Shown piece by piece: positions 27,128-38,117 of a stretch of 64,000 nucleotides of DNA. The DNA is from Spirochaetia bacterium. GTDB lineage: Bacteria; Spirochaetota; Spirochaetia; CADAEX01. The DNA is taken from assembly GCA_963662265.2 (NCBI GenBank), contig CAXXHA010000014.1:1-64000 (forward strand), in the 5' to 3' direction. The position numbers and the translations under genes are program-made. The notes under the pieces are model-generated. The model was not told the DNA's origin, did not search any database, and was given only the letters and a program-made list of their open reading frames with translations. Every line of letters starts with the position of its first letter. The stretch's first letter is position 1.

Positions 27128-28780
27128 ATGCTTCAGCCTCTTAAAGCTAAAGAGAAATTCAATAAAAGGAAAGGACCGGTTGTTCTTGTAATCATGGACG
27201 GTGTCGGTTACGGGAAATATAATGAAGGGGATGCAGTTAGCAATGCTCTTACACCCTATCTTGATGAACTTTCCGCATCCTGTCCTGTAACAAAGCTCAA
27301 GGCTCACGGAACTGCGGTAGGTCTTCCGTCAGATGATGATATGGGTAACAGCGAAGTAGGGCACAATGCTATAGGTTGCGGAAGAGTTTTTTCACAGGGC
27401 GCCAAGCTTGTTTCGCAGTCAATTAAAAGCGGAAAAATGTTTGAAGGTGATACATGGAAGAAGCTTGTTACAAATGCAAAGGATAAAAAATCAACTCTGC
27501 ATTTTCTCGGGCTTTTTTCTGACGGTAATGTACACAGCCACTATGATCATCTTACAGCTATGATTGAAAAAGCAAGGGAAGAGGGTGTTGCAAAGGTGAG
27601 AATCCACATTCTTCTTGACGGACGAGATGTCGGTGAGACATCTGCCCTTGACTATGTAAGACCTTTCGAGGAATTCCTTTCCGGATTGAGAAGTGATTCC
27701 TTTGACTGCAGAATTGCTTCCGGAGGCGGAAGAATGCAGATTACCATGGACAGATACGGTGCAAACTGGGGAATGGTTGAAAAGGGATGGCATACACATG
27801 TTCTTGGAGAAGGACGGTATTTTGAATCTGCGGAAGAAGCTATAGAAACTATCAGAAAGGAAACAGGAGCTATTGACCAGGACCTCCAGCCTTTTGTCAT
27901 TGCAGATAACGGGAAACCGGTTGGCACAGTGGAAGATGGTGATTCTTTTATTTTCTTCAACTTCAGGGGCGATAGATCTCTTGAAATCACAGAAACTTTT
28001 GAAAGCAGGGATTTTAACAAATTTGACAGGAAAAGATACCCATCTGTTGAATATGCAGGAATGATGGAATATGACGGAGATCTCCATGTGCCTGCCCAGT
28101 ACCTTGTAAATCCTCCTTCAATTGACAGAACAATGGGCGAGTACCTTGTATCTTCAGGAGTTAAACAGCTTGCAATAAGCGAGACACAGAAATATGGTCA
28201 TGTGACATACTTTTTCAACGGGAACAAAACCGGAAAGTTTGATGAAAAGCTTGAGGAGTATGTTGAAATTACTTCAGATATTGTTCCTTTCGAACAGAGA
28301 CCGTGGATGAAATGCGCTGATATTACAGACAGGGTTATGAAGGAAATTGAAGATGGAAAGTATGATTTCATAAGACTTAATTTCCCCAACGGCGACATGG
28401 TTGGACATACTGGTATATACGAAGCTGTTGTATGTTCAATGGAAGCTCTTGATCTCTGCATAGGGCGTCTTAAATCTTCAGTCGAGAAGGCCGGGGGTGT
28501 TATGCTTCTTACTGCTGACCACGGCAACGCGGATGATATGTTTGAACATGACAAGAAAACAGGTGATGTCAAAATAAAGGAAAACAGGAAACCGAAGGCA
28601 AAGACTTCACATTCTCTTAATCCTGTCCCATGCATCATTTATGATCCGGAGTATAACGGAGAGTATTCAACGGAACTTAACGAAGGGCTCGGCATAAGCA
28701 GTGTTGCCACAACATGCATTGAACTCCTGGGATATGAAGCTCCAGAGGATTATGACAAGTCAGTGCTTAACTGGAAATAA
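27128..28780 (+). CDS. gpmI: 2,3-BPG-independent phosphoglycerate mutase
   Basis: IMDGVG, MGNSEVGH, SDGNVHSH, NFRGDR, DMVGHTG, TADHGN; AAGGAG RBS before ATG 27128. Confidence 0.95.
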   Translation: MLQPLKAKEKFNKRKGPVVLVIMDGVGYGKYNEGDAVSNALTPYLDELSASCPVTKLKAHGTAVGLPSDDDMGNSEVGHNAIGCGRVFSQGAKLVSQSIKSGKMFEGDTWKKLVTNAKDKKSTLHFLGLFSDGNVHSHYDHLTAMIEKAREEGVAKVRIHILLDGRDVGETSALDYVRPFEEFLSGLRSDSFDCRIASGGGRMQITMDRYGANWGMVEKGWHTHVLGEGRYFESAEEAIETIRKETGAIDQDLQPFVIADNGKPVGTVEDGDSFIFFNFRGDRSLEITETFESRDFNKFDRKRYPSVEYAGMMEYDGDLHVPAQYLVNPPSIDRTMGEYLVSSGVKQLAISETQKYGHVTYFFNGNKTGKFDEKLEEYVEITSDIVPFEQRPWMKCADITDRVMKEIEDGKYDFIRLNFPNGDMVGHTGIYEAVVCSMEALDLCIGRLKSSVEKAGGVMLLTADHGNADDMFEHDKKTGDVKIKENRKPKAKTSHSLNPVPCIIYDPEYNGEYSTELNEGLGISSVATTCIELLGYEAPEDYDKSVLNWK

Positions 28781-28790
28781 TGAAATAATC

Positions 28791-28820
28791 AACCGGTTTT
28801 CTGTAGATGGAAAACCGGTT
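28791..28820. terminator. Stem-loop between convergent genes
   Basis: AACCGGTTTTC...GAAAACCGGTT inverted repeat. Confidence 0.7.
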
Positions 28821-28915
28821 AAATTAATATAATAGCTGCATTATAAAAATAGAATATCAACCTATATTCTGTTATGGTTCAATATTATTTAAAGATTGGA
28901 ACTGTCCATATCATA

Positions 28916-30367
28916 TTAAAGATCATCAATTATTGTATTAAAGATGCCATCTTCCTGTCTGAATGGATAAATATTATAATTTGGTGATCCTGACGGTATA
29001 TGAAGTGTACAGCCGCTTATTAGATCAAAAACTTTTGAACCCATAGATGGCGGATTTAAAGGCTTCATATTTACTGTATGAAGACTGGTGCATGTTGAAA
29101 AGGCTTCTGTCTCTATAGATGTTATGCCGGCTGGGATTGTTATAGTTGTTAAACTGCTGCAGCCTCCGAAAGTTAATTCGTTAATGACAGTAACCTTTTC
29201 TGGTATTGTAATACTGTTGAGATTTTCACAAAGCATAAATGCAAAGCTTCCGATATCGGTAATACTGTCAGGTAAGGATATGCTGGAAAAACTATTACCT
29301 GAAAAAGCTTCTGATCCTATATTTGTAACACTGTCCGGGATAATAATGTTTGTAAGACTGCTGCAGGAATCAAAACCACAATCTCCTATTGATGTTACTG
29401 GTTTTCCTTTCCAGTAATTGGGAATTCTTATATCCGTCTGATTTCCCGCAGTTCCTTTTTTTACTTCATATTCGGTATCATTTTCAATTAAATCGTATAA
29501 AAGCCCATCACTGGCATCATACCATTTTGCAAAAAGTTCAATATCCCTGTCTACTGTATCGTTATCAAAATCCCATAGATTTTGATAAGACACTTCTTTA
29601 TACCATCTTCCGAATCCGAATCCGTTCTTAACGGGTATTGAAGGATATGATAATTTTCCACCATTAGTAATTGTCTGTGACGGAATACTGCTGCCGCCGC
29701 AGGAATTAAAACTAACAACAGGACGTTCTTCGAATACATAAACTATATAGTGCTGAGATGAACTATCCTCTGCTGTTACAGTATAGGTAACAGGAACAGA
29801 AAAATTCTGGGATATACCTGATGCCGGATTCAGGCTGATGCCTGTATGATTAACAGTTGGAGTCAGAGATGATATGTCTGTTCCACCGGGGACATCAACT
29901 TCTATTGTATGATTGATTGTATCAATGTGTCCTGTAATGGATAAAAATGAAAACTCAAATAATGTTATTGATTTTTCGGAAGATGGAGTTGAATATTCTG
30001 TAACAGTAACAACATATCCCTGAGTTGATTTATCTTCTGCTGTTACTGTATATATTACAGGATTTGTAAAATTCTGAGAAGTTCCTGGGTTATAATTAAT
30101 ACTTAAACCTGTATAAACTATAGTAGGAATTAATGATGTTACATCAGTGCCTTCTGGTACAGTTACTGTAATTGTATGGGTTGATTCATTTACAGTACCG
30201 ATAGCGGCAGGACTGGTAAAATAAAATGCTGTAATTTCTTTTGAACAGCCAGATGGGGTAGAACTGTTTACAGACTCCGGTTGAACTGAACATGATATCA
30301 GATGAAATAAAGTGAAAAAACACAAAAAAACAGAAACAGACCTTAAAAAATAAAATATACTTTTCAT
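28916..30367 (-). CDS. Surface lipoprotein: two Ig-like (DUF5018-like) domains, InlB B-repeat and BspA-type LRRs
   Basis: LISC lipobox; repeated ITVTVP.GTD..SL.PT...YTVTAED; FGRWY...WDFD..TV; IPDSVT.IG..AF LRR_5 repeats. Confidence 0.85.
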   Translation of the reverse strand: MKSIFYFLRSVSVFLCFFTLFHLISCSVQPESVNSSTPSGCSKEITAFYFTSPAAIGTVNESTHTITVTVPEGTDVTSLIPTIVYTGLSINYNPGTSQNFTNPVIYTVTAEDKSTQGYVVTVTEYSTPSSEKSITLFEFSFLSITGHIDTINHTIEVDVPGGTDISSLTPTVNHTGISLNPASGISQNFSVPVTYTVTAEDSSSQHYIVYVFEERPVVSFNSCGGSSIPSQTITNGGKLSYPSIPVKNGFGFGRWYKEVSYQNLWDFDNDTVDRDIELFAKWYDASDGLLYDLIENDTEYEVKKGTAGNQTDIRIPNYWKGKPVTSIGDCGFDSCSSLTNIIIPDSVTNIGSEAFSGNSFSSISLPDSITDIGSFAFMLCENLNSITIPEKVTVINELTFGGCSSLTTITIPAGITSIETEAFSTCTSLHTVNMKPLNPPSMGSKVFDLISGCTLHIPSGSPNYNIYPFRQEDGIFNTIIDDL

Positions 30368-30456
30368 TATTAACCTCTTAAATATATTTTATTTATACTA
30401 CAATTATAAATATTGTCAATAAAAAAACAGATTGTGTAATAAACTATAAGGGAATG

Positions 30457-31308
30457 TCATTCGAAATCATAATATAACCACTGCTTTGAAAATCCTTTGA
30501 ATCCGTAGTGTTTGACAAGTTCCTGTTTGTCTTTGAAATTATCTCCGTAATGTGTAAGAAGAATCTTCTTTTTTATATAATCAGGCAATGTTTTTAACTC
30601 TTCAATTCCTGAATGTACTCCTCCTGTGAAAAACTGACAGTCATGTAATATGATTTCAAAATTATACTTGCTTTCTGCTTCGAGAAGGAAATCTGGATCA
30701 AACCTTGTATCACCTGAAAACAGAATCCTGTCATCTATAATAAGCCCACAGCTCCAGAATCCTGAGTCCCAGTTGTCCTCCTCCGGTATATGCATTGTTC
30801 TGAACATTTTTATATTTAAAGGACCTGAATTTGTTTCATATGCATCCCTTGAAAAGGTTTTTATTCTTTCAGGGTAAATAACTTCCCAGAAATCATCGAA
30901 AGTCAGTGAGTGTCCGAATTTATCCTGGTTGAATCCGCATCCTCCCCGCAGTGAAAGGTCCCATAAAAGATGTTTATAGGTTTTTGTTATTATTATAGAT
31001 GGCTTTGTATTTGTAATATAACGGCCTGAAAGCATTACCTCTTCAAGCCCCCCTATATGGTCAGCATGTGAATGGGTGATAAGGTAATTTTTAATATCAG
31101 ATACTGAAAGGCCCAGTTCATACAAAGCCTGTGGAAGTTTTGTCCCGCAGTCAATGAGAAGATGATGGTCTCCTTTTATAATGAGAAGATTTGTCTGGTA
31201 GAGTTTTTTTGTGAAAGCTGAACCTGTACCTATGAAAAACAGGGAAAGATTACCATTGTTAGTGAGATTGAGTTTTCCATCAGTTAGTGTTCTTGTAATA
31301 AAACCCAT
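30457..31308 (-). CDS. MBL-fold metallo-hydrolase
   Basis: GTGSAF, LIDCG, THSHADHIGG, FSGDT, HYGD. Confidence 0.9.
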   Translation of the reverse strand: MGFITRTLTDGKLNLTNNGNLSLFFIGTGSAFTKKLYQTNLLIIKGDHHLLIDCGTKLPQALYELGLSVSDIKNYLITHSHADHIGGLEEVMLSGRYITNTKPSIIITKTYKHLLWDLSLRGGCGFNQDKFGHSLTFDDFWEVIYPERIKTFSRDAYETNSGPLNIKMFRTMHIPEEDNWDSGFWSCGLIIDDRILFSGDTRFDPDFLLEAESKYNFEIILHDCQFFTGGVHSGIEELKTLPDYIKKKILLTHYGDNFKDKQELVKHYGFKGFSKQWLYYDFE

Positions 31309-31352
31309 TATAAAAATTATCGTATTATTTTGAGAAAATTGCCAGTTATACG

Positions 31353-31387
31353 AAAAACCCCTGTAAAGGACATGCCTTTACAGGGGT
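31353..31387 (-). terminator. Intrinsic terminator of giant lipoprotein gene
   Basis: ACCCCTGTAAAGG/CCTTTACAGGGGT stem with A-run on the + strand. Confidence 0.8.
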
Positions 31388-31404
31388 GAAATTATATTAA
31401 ATTA

Positions 31405-34400
31405 TTAATAATTATCCATTATTGCGACAGAATTGACAAACATCATTTGTCCGCTTGATAACTGGTTTGGTATTTTATTCCATCCCCAGAACATGAATCT
31501 GCCCTGTCTTACGACACTGTAGTATGTTTCTGTGTCATTAATCTGTGCATAATTATATCCGCCTGCCGGATTAGCACCTCCTGATCTGTGTACTGCCTTT
31601 CCATTTGAATCTGTAGTGAATATGGATTTTACAGTACCCTCAGAAGGATTTGTTCCAACATATGTTGAACTTACAGGCGTTCTCCATATTGTATTTGTTG
31701 AGCATACTTTAGCGTAATCCATCTTGCTGCTGTCAGGGAATGTCGCACTTTCTCCGTCTCCAATATCTGTCGGAGCCTGTCCTGAGAGTCCCCATGATGT
31801 GAAATTGTCTTCAATCCTGTCAAGAACCCAGCATCCGTTACCCATTGTGATTATACCTTGTTCAGCAGCAGCAATATTTCTTACCCATCCGTCTCTTCCG
31901 GAATTTGTATATGAATAAGTTAATCCGGGAGTTATGATTGCAGGTTTTCCGTAAACAATATTTGATGATGAATATGTCTCTGAGATTTCTGTATCCTTTA
32001 ATATTTTAACGCTCCAGTCTGGCTGAGTTCCGCTTGCCCAGGAGCTATAGTATGAGGGGAAATTTCTCTTAATTATATTATTTCTTAAATTAACTGCCAG
32101 ATTGTAATCTGTTGTATCTCCGTCATCATAAATAATTACTACATCTGCGGCAAATCCTGATTTATCAGAACCTCCGGGACCTGTGTAAAAAGTATTAAGA
32201 TTATGCCAGCTTCCATTATAAAAATGGCCTATTCTTACGAAATAATAGTAGTCAGTTTCTTCTTCGATTACCGGCACCTGATCACCGCTGTTATAGATAT
32301 AGTTTCTGTAACCTGCAGTTGGACTTGAATCATCAGGATTTGTACTTGCATAGATCCTGTAGCGTACATCCTCGCCAGCCGCTGTATCTTCTGAAACTGT
32401 ATTGAGAAATACTTTCACATATCCCTTGCTTCCCGGGCGTCCTCTTGTTACATAGGAAATTGACGGTCTGTCAAGGATTATTGTGTCCCTGTGGTCATAT
32501 ATTCCTGAAGTGTTTCCCGCATCATCCATGACCTGAACATAAACATATTTTGTCGCGTCAGAATCGCTTAATGTAATATTTTCTGTTGTGCTGTATGGTT
32601 CATAGTCTGTCCAGACATAGGTGCTTCCGACAATATATCTGAATCTCATCTGATAACCTGCTGTTGATGTATCATCAGTATCAATTGTCAGTGTAACATT
32701 TTGATCATAAGCATATTTTCTGCCGTTATTGATAAGTATACTCACATTGGAAGGCGCCTGTGTATCAAGTTCAACTTCATCATAGTATGATGAGGATGTG
32801 TTACCTGCTTTGTCTTTATACAGACAGTAAACCTTTTTAGTGCCGTCTGTTTCCGGAAGTCTCAATGTCCATCCTGTTCTGTCTGCATCATAACTTTCCC
32901 AGCCATTCCATGAGGTTTCACCGGAATTAAGAATATTCATCTGGTAAACACCGTTAGCATCGGTGACATTGCTGTAAAGAGTAACATTGGTGTAGTTTAT
33001 TGCTTCATCAGGCGTTTCACTTGTTCCTGCTATATGAAAGCTGTTGCATGTCGGGGCAACTGTATCTAGAATAATTGTATCTGTTACTGTGTTTGAAATA
33101 TTTCCCGCGGCATCTTTATACCTGAAATAAACAGTTTTTGTTCCATCGCTTGTTGTTACGTTTGTTGTTATGTCCCAGTCGGGATGAGTTGTATTGTATG
33201 AATACCAGCCTGACCAGTTTGTGTTGTCGTTACTGAAACTCATCTGAGTCGGGCTTCCTGAAACAGTATTGTAAAGATTGTTTTTTGTATTTCTTGTTGT
33301 TGTGTTGTCTGCTGCAGTACCATAGACATAACAGCTGCCTGCAACCGGCTTTGTTGTGTCAAGTATAATTGTATCTGATAATACAGGACCTGGAATTCCA
33401 AGAGACGATCTGAATTGTACATAAACAGTTTTTGTCCCGTCTCCTGCTGTCAGCGGCCAGTCAGGATAAGTTTTTTGATTAATTGTTCCGTATTCAATCC
33501 AGGAGGCTGATGAAAGTTCAGAACTTGAATTTGCAATTCTGTATTCAGATCCGTCTGCTGCCAGGTTCATATTGATATTAACATACCTGTTTGTATCATT
33601 TGTATATACAGATCCATTGTTAATTACAAAACTGCCATCAGGAGGTGTTGTATTGAGAGTTATGGTATCATTTACAGATGAACCTGAAATATTTCCTGCA
33701 TTATCCTTAAACCAAGCATACACATACATTGTATCTCCATTGACCCATTCTCCTGAAGGAGGAGCGTAGGATGCTGTTGCTGCATAAGGAATCCACTCGG
33801 CATCTGTATAGTCATTTTCAAACCAGAAAGCCATTTCTGAAAGGCCTGAACCTGTATCAGAAGCTGATATATTGGTAATATTTACAGTCGAGCTGCCTGT
33901 TTCACTATCACCATTATTGATTTCAATTAATGTTCCTGTCGGTAATGTTCTGTCAAGTGTTATTGAAGCGGAACACTTATTATCAATATCCATTTCATTT
34001 CCTAGTGAATCGCTGAATAAAACATAAACAGTCTGTTCTCCGTCTGAATCGGCTAAATTCCAGGATGGTTCTGAATTAAAAGCAATCCATGCAGGTGCAT
34101 CGGACAAATTGCTAAGGTTTGATATTTTCATTTTTGAGTTTTGAGGTTTTCCGAAATCAACTCCCGGATCATCACTTGAAAGGTTAAGGGTAACTGCCCT
34201 GTTATTTGTATAAAGGCTACCGGTGTTGATTTGAACGCTTCCAGTCGGTGGAGTTTCGTCAAATTTTATTGTATCAAAAGTTTTTGCTGATTCATTACCC
34301 AGAGAGTCTCTGAATTTTATTACTACCGGTCTTAATCCTTCTTTCGGTTCTATTTCCCAGGATTTTGTTACAGAATAACTTTCCCATAACGGGTCAAGAT

Positions 34401-35658
34401 ATGCTTCACTTACAGGATCCCATTGTCCTATTATGCCTGATACATCATTCGATATAAACATTTCCATCTGATCGTAATTTGCACCTGAATCAACAAGAGC
34501 ATCCTCAGCAGCTATTGAAAGATTAAGTGATGTTGTATTTGTGTAGGAATTATTAGGATTGTTTGGAGTATTATAAAATGCAATTCCTTTTTCCGCGGGA
34601 ACTTCCGCTGTTGCAGCAGCTAAAGGAGCAGTTGTATCCAGTGTTATAGTTTTTGTAATCAGATTAGTTTTATTCGCAGTATAATCAGCAGGTGTTCCTC
34701 CGCCTGATACACCTGCAAGACTGTTGTAGCATGCATCTTCAAAATCTATATAAACTGTTTTCTCCCCATCGCCGTCTGTAAGTTCCCAGTTCATATTGTT
34801 TGTAAACTCAAATTGATTGAAATTTACTGATTGCGAATCATCATTGCTTATATATAAAAAAGATAGACCTGAACCGTCATCATCCCCGTCTATATCTGTA
34901 AGTGAAATATTTCTTGAATTTGTATATAAAGGATTTGTTCCATTTATATTAAAAACACAGTTGAATGGCGGTTCAGAATCCTCTGCCTTTCCTGTTCTGA
35001 ATGTTGTAGGGGATATATAGTTTTCTCTGAGTGTAATACCAAGTTCATCCTCCACATTTTTATCAACCTGAATCGAGTATGTTGTATATTTTTCCCATAT
35101 ATTTTCCGGAATAAATGTCAGTACATGATTGAGGTATGTCATTGTTCCCTGGACCTGGGATTCATCGCTTTCTTTGATTATTTTAACAGTAGAGCTGTTT
35201 AAAAGCGATGCTTTCATGTCCTTACTGAATTTGATAAGAACTTTTGAGTTTCTGCTGATATCATTTCCTGAGGGTGTTGAATATTTAACATAGGGTCTTT
35301 CCTCGAAAACCGCCTTTATAACGGCATCTCCACCAAGTACTTTGAATGAAGTTTCCGCGCTTTCAGGCGAATCAAAAACAACCCGCCCTGAACCTGAAAC
35401 TTTTTCCCATCTCATGAATGCATGCGTTTGGTAAGGGCTTGCAAGAATCTGCTGCGGTATATCTTCTTTCATTGTGATGGAACCAGAAAGGTTTACAATA
35501 CCGTTTTCAGGTGTTTCAACTGTAAGATTGTATTGCTCTGCAGTAGCCTCTTTCACCTCTGTCTCAATAGTCTCTGTAAGCTTGTCTTCGAGAGGGGAAG
35601 GGCATGATACTAAAATTATAAACAGCCCGTAAAATGCTGTCCTGAGTACTGCTTTCAT
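31405..35658 (-). CDS. Giant surface lipoprotein with Big_5-like domain and about 8 Ig-like repeats
   Basis: ILVSC lipobox; repeated DGxKTVY...D.AGN / ITLDT.AP units about 100 aa apart. Confidence 0.85.
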   Translation of the reverse strand: MKAVLRTAFYGLFIILVSCPSPLEDKLTETIETEVKEATAEQYNLTVETPENGIVNLSGSITMKEDIPQQILASPYQTHAFMRWEKVSGSGRVVFDSPESAETSFKVLGGDAVIKAVFEERPYVKYSTPSGNDISRNSKVLIKFSKDMKASLLNSSTVKIIKESDESQVQGTMTYLNHVLTFIPENIWEKYTTYSIQVDKNVEDELGITLRENYISPTTFRTGKAEDSEPPFNCVFNINGTNPLYTNSRNISLTDIDGDDDGSGLSFLYISNDDSQSVNFNQFEFTNNMNWELTDGDGEKTVYIDFEDACYNSLAGVSGGGTPADYTANKTNLITKTITLDTTAPLAAATAEVPAEKGIAFYNTPNNPNNSYTNTTSLNLSIAAEDALVDSGANYDQMEMFISNDVSGIIGQWDPVSEAYLDPLWESYSVTKSWEIEPKEGLRPVVIKFRDSLGNESAKTFDTIKFDETPPTGSVQINTGSLYTNNRAVTLNLSSDDPGVDFGKPQNSKMKISNLSNLSDAPAWIAFNSEPSWNLADSDGEQTVYVLFSDSLGNEMDIDNKCSASITLDRTLPTGTLIEINNGDSETGSSTVNITNISASDTGSGLSEMAFWFENDYTDAEWIPYAATASYAPPSGEWVNGDTMYVYAWFKDNAGNISGSSVNDTITLNTTPPDGSFVINNGSVYTNDTNRYVNINMNLAADGSEYRIANSSSELSSASWIEYGTINQKTYPDWPLTAGDGTKTVYVQFRSSLGIPGPVLSDTIILDTTKPVAGSCYVYGTAADNTTTRNTKNNLYNTVSGSPTQMSFSNDNTNWSGWYSYNTTHPDWDITTNVTTSDGTKTVYFRYKDAAGNISNTVTDTIILDTVAPTCNSFHIAGTSETPDEAINYTNVTLYSNVTDANGVYQMNILNSGETSWNGWESYDADRTGWTLRLPETDGTKKVYCLYKDKAGNTSSSYYDEVELDTQAPSNVSILINNGRKYAYDQNVTLTIDTDDTSTAGYQMRFRYIVGSTYVWTDYEPYSTTENITLSDSDATKYVYVQVMDDAGNTSGIYDHRDTIILDRPSISYVTRGRPGSKGYVKVFLNTVSEDTAAGEDVRYRIYASTNPDDSSPTAGYRNYIYNSGDQVPVIEEETDYYYFVRIGHFYNGSWHNLNTFYTGPGGSDKSGFAADVVIIYDDGDTTDYNLAVNLRNNIIKRNFPSYYSSWASGTQPDWSVKILKDTEISETYSSSNIVYGKPAIITPGLTYSYTNSGRDGWVRNIAAAEQGIITMGNGCWVLDRIEDNFTSWGLSGQAPTDIGDGESATFPDSSKMDYAKVCSTNTIWRTPVSSTYVGTNPSEGTVKSIFTTDSNGKAVHRSGGANPAGGYNYAQINDTETYYSVVRQGRFMFWGWNKIPNQLSSGQMMFVNSVAIMDNY

Positions 35659-35675
35659 TATTCTGCCTGATTTTA

Positions 35676-37724
35676 CTAGTCTTCCCATTCTGTTACCTCG
35701 TGATTTTTAACCTGTGATGCCCTGCCTACCGCAATGTTATCTGATCCGAGATGGGGATAATCCATGGCAAGCTTCGGGTTAGCAGTTTCCAGTTTTCTGA
35801 AATTACTGTTTGCAGCTTTTATATCGCCAGTATCATAGCTGCTTCTTGCAAGTCCCAGGAGTACTTTTGAATTCTTTGGTGAAAGTCTTTCAGCCCTTGC
35901 AAAGTATTTAAATGCTTCTGCGCCATTGTCTTTTGTAAGATATATGTTGCCAAGGTTTATGAGTGATGGAAGATATTCATTTTTTGCCACGACTTTCTGA
36001 AACTCTGCTTCTGCCTTGTCAAACTGGCCGTATCTTGCGTAAAGAACTCCCAGCTTGTTTCCCCTGGCTGCGTTGAACCCTGATTTATTTATCTGCGCCC
36101 TTAGTCTCTGTTCAGTAATCCTGATTTCTCCCCTGATAAAGCTGTCGAGTGATTTCTCGTAAACAGCAACTATATCATTTGAAACAGGAAGGGGAACCCT
36201 TATTTCATTGCCCGGCATACCGACAGGTTCATATTTTTTCCATGAACTCTGGGTCGGGTAGAGTCTTGCAGTCTCAAGGTTTTTGTTGTCTCTCCATTCT
36301 CTTGCCCCTGTCTGCCATGCTTTTATAAATCCCTCGTTAAACATTGTGATTTCAACAGGTACCCAGGTTTTATCATCTATGAAAATGAAATTACTTGAAT
36401 CCTTGAAGTATTTTTTTGCCTTTTCAGGTTCCATGTCGAGTGAGAATGCTGCATATATGTGCCCGGGAATTGTTATGAAGGCTGTTTCAATACCGATAGA
36501 TTCGAGGGATGCGCAGAAAAGTACTGTAAGGTCGTCACAATCCCCCCCCTTGTAGGAAAGCGTCTGGGTCGGGAACTGAAGATAGTCGGGAGTTTCAGTT
36601 TTCCCTGCAAACTCGGCATAGGGTGTTGTCGGGTCTATAACATAATTCATGCCGTAGAGCTTCAGTGTTTCAAACATACCCATCCCGAGTCTGAAGTTAA
36701 GGTTGACAGCCTTGCTTCCGTTTTCCCGTAAAAGACCTGCAGTGTATTTTGAAAACCTTAAGAGACCGGGATCTTTTGCAGTAATAAATGCTGATATCTT
36801 CTCATCATCATCCCAGAGCATTGCGTTCCTGTGATGAAGCCTTAGTGTCTCGGTAAGAGTTTTTTCAAACTTGGCACTTACATAGTCATATTCAACTATG
36901 ATGTCTGCGCTCACCTTTGTCGCTTCTGTTATTTTAAGTATATCTTCGTTGAAAAGAGCTACAACAGGAATTTCCTTTTTTCCGTTTCTCGGAATTGTCT
37001 TGTATTCAGCGCAAAGCTTTGGCTGTGACATATACTGCTTGATGAAAAACTTGACTCTTACATTGTTTATGCTTCCGTTTTCAAGATTCTCTATAGTCAC
37101 TTTACCGAAATTATGATCATCGTAGTATTTATAGAATACAGGGTATATCTGGTTGAATTGAACATTGTTGACATCTATGTTGCCGCTGTTGCCTGTTCCG
37201 GGAGACATGCTTGCTCCGACTGATATTTTTATCCCTTCAAACCGGGGATCAGCAGCTGTAAGGAAGCGGTAATATCCCCCTTCTGCTATTATACTTAAAT
37301 TGGGTTTCAGATAATATGAAGTTCTCAGGTTTCCGCCGATATAGGGATTTTTCTCCTTGAGATTGTTATAGGTAGCAAAATAATACCCTGCATCTGCGAA
37401 CAGGGAAACATTGAACCTGGAAGTCAGAAAATGGTTTATCCCGGCGTTTGCTCCTGCAGTTGTCATTGTAAGGTCATTTTCAGCAGGTGTTGCCATTATA
37501 TTGTATCCTGCATTTGCCCCTATCTGAAAGTAGGTGAAAATAGGCAGTTCCGCATAGAATTTAATACCTGCGCCATTGTCATAAGTATCAGAGCTGTCAC
37601 TCAGCGGCAGATAATATGAAGGAAGTAAATTCCATTTCACGCTCTGGAAAAAATCGGCATATGTATTTACTGCAACTGCAGCGAATAAAACTGCTGCAAG
37701 CAGTAATCCCTGCTTTTTTAACAT
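35676..37724 (-). CDS. Exported protein: beta-barrel-like N-terminus, transglutaminase-like Cys domain, TPR C-terminus
   Basis: Signal peptide; alternating beta-strands with aromatic residues; GGDCDD...PGHIY...PVE; NKLGVLY, NLGNIY TPR motifs. Confidence 0.75.
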   Translation of the reverse strand: MLKKQGLLLAAVLFAAVAVNTYADFFQSVKWNLLPSYYLPLSDSSDTYDNGAGIKFYAELPIFTYFQIGANAGYNIMATPAENDLTMTTAGANAGINHFLTSRFNVSLFADAGYYFATYNNLKEKNPYIGGNLRTSYYLKPNLSIIAEGGYYRFLTAADPRFEGIKISVGASMSPGTGNSGNIDVNNVQFNQIYPVFYKYYDDHNFGKVTIENLENGSINNVRVKFFIKQYMSQPKLCAEYKTIPRNGKKEIPVVALFNEDILKITEATKVSADIIVEYDYVSAKFEKTLTETLRLHHRNAMLWDDDEKISAFITAKDPGLLRFSKYTAGLLRENGSKAVNLNFRLGMGMFETLKLYGMNYVIDPTTPYAEFAGKTETPDYLQFPTQTLSYKGGDCDDLTVLFCASLESIGIETAFITIPGHIYAAFSLDMEPEKAKKYFKDSSNFIFIDDKTWVPVEITMFNEGFIKAWQTGAREWRDNKNLETARLYPTQSSWKKYEPVGMPGNEIRVPLPVSNDIVAVYEKSLDSFIRGEIRITEQRLRAQINKSGFNAARGNKLGVLYARYGQFDKAEAEFQKVVAKNEYLPSLINLGNIYLTKDNGAEAFKYFARAERLSPKNSKVLLGLARSSYDTGDIKAANSNFRKLETANPKLAMDYPHLGSDNIAVGRASQVKNHEVTEWED

Positions 37725-38117
37725 TTCGTACTCCTGGCTAAATAATTTAAAAATATTCTTGATTACAGATAACTTTTTAATTAATAATCAGTAACTATTA
37801 CTGTTTCTTCACACAAGTATATAGCAGAATAATAGCAGTAACAAGAATTTACACAGTATATAGAGGTAAAAATGCAAATTAAACTTCGGAAACATGTTAT
37901 TTTTTTATTTCTGTATGCTTTGAGTATGATGATTCAGGGAAATTAAAATATTTATTCTTCTAAAAACATGATTAGATATTCATTATTTTGAAAAAATATA
38001 CTATAAACGTCTTTAATATACTGAATACAGGTAAGATTTTAATATATTCAGTCAGATGCAGCTTTATATATTTTATTTAATTTGATTTTCAGTAAAGATA
38101 AAAATCAGGAGATTTTC

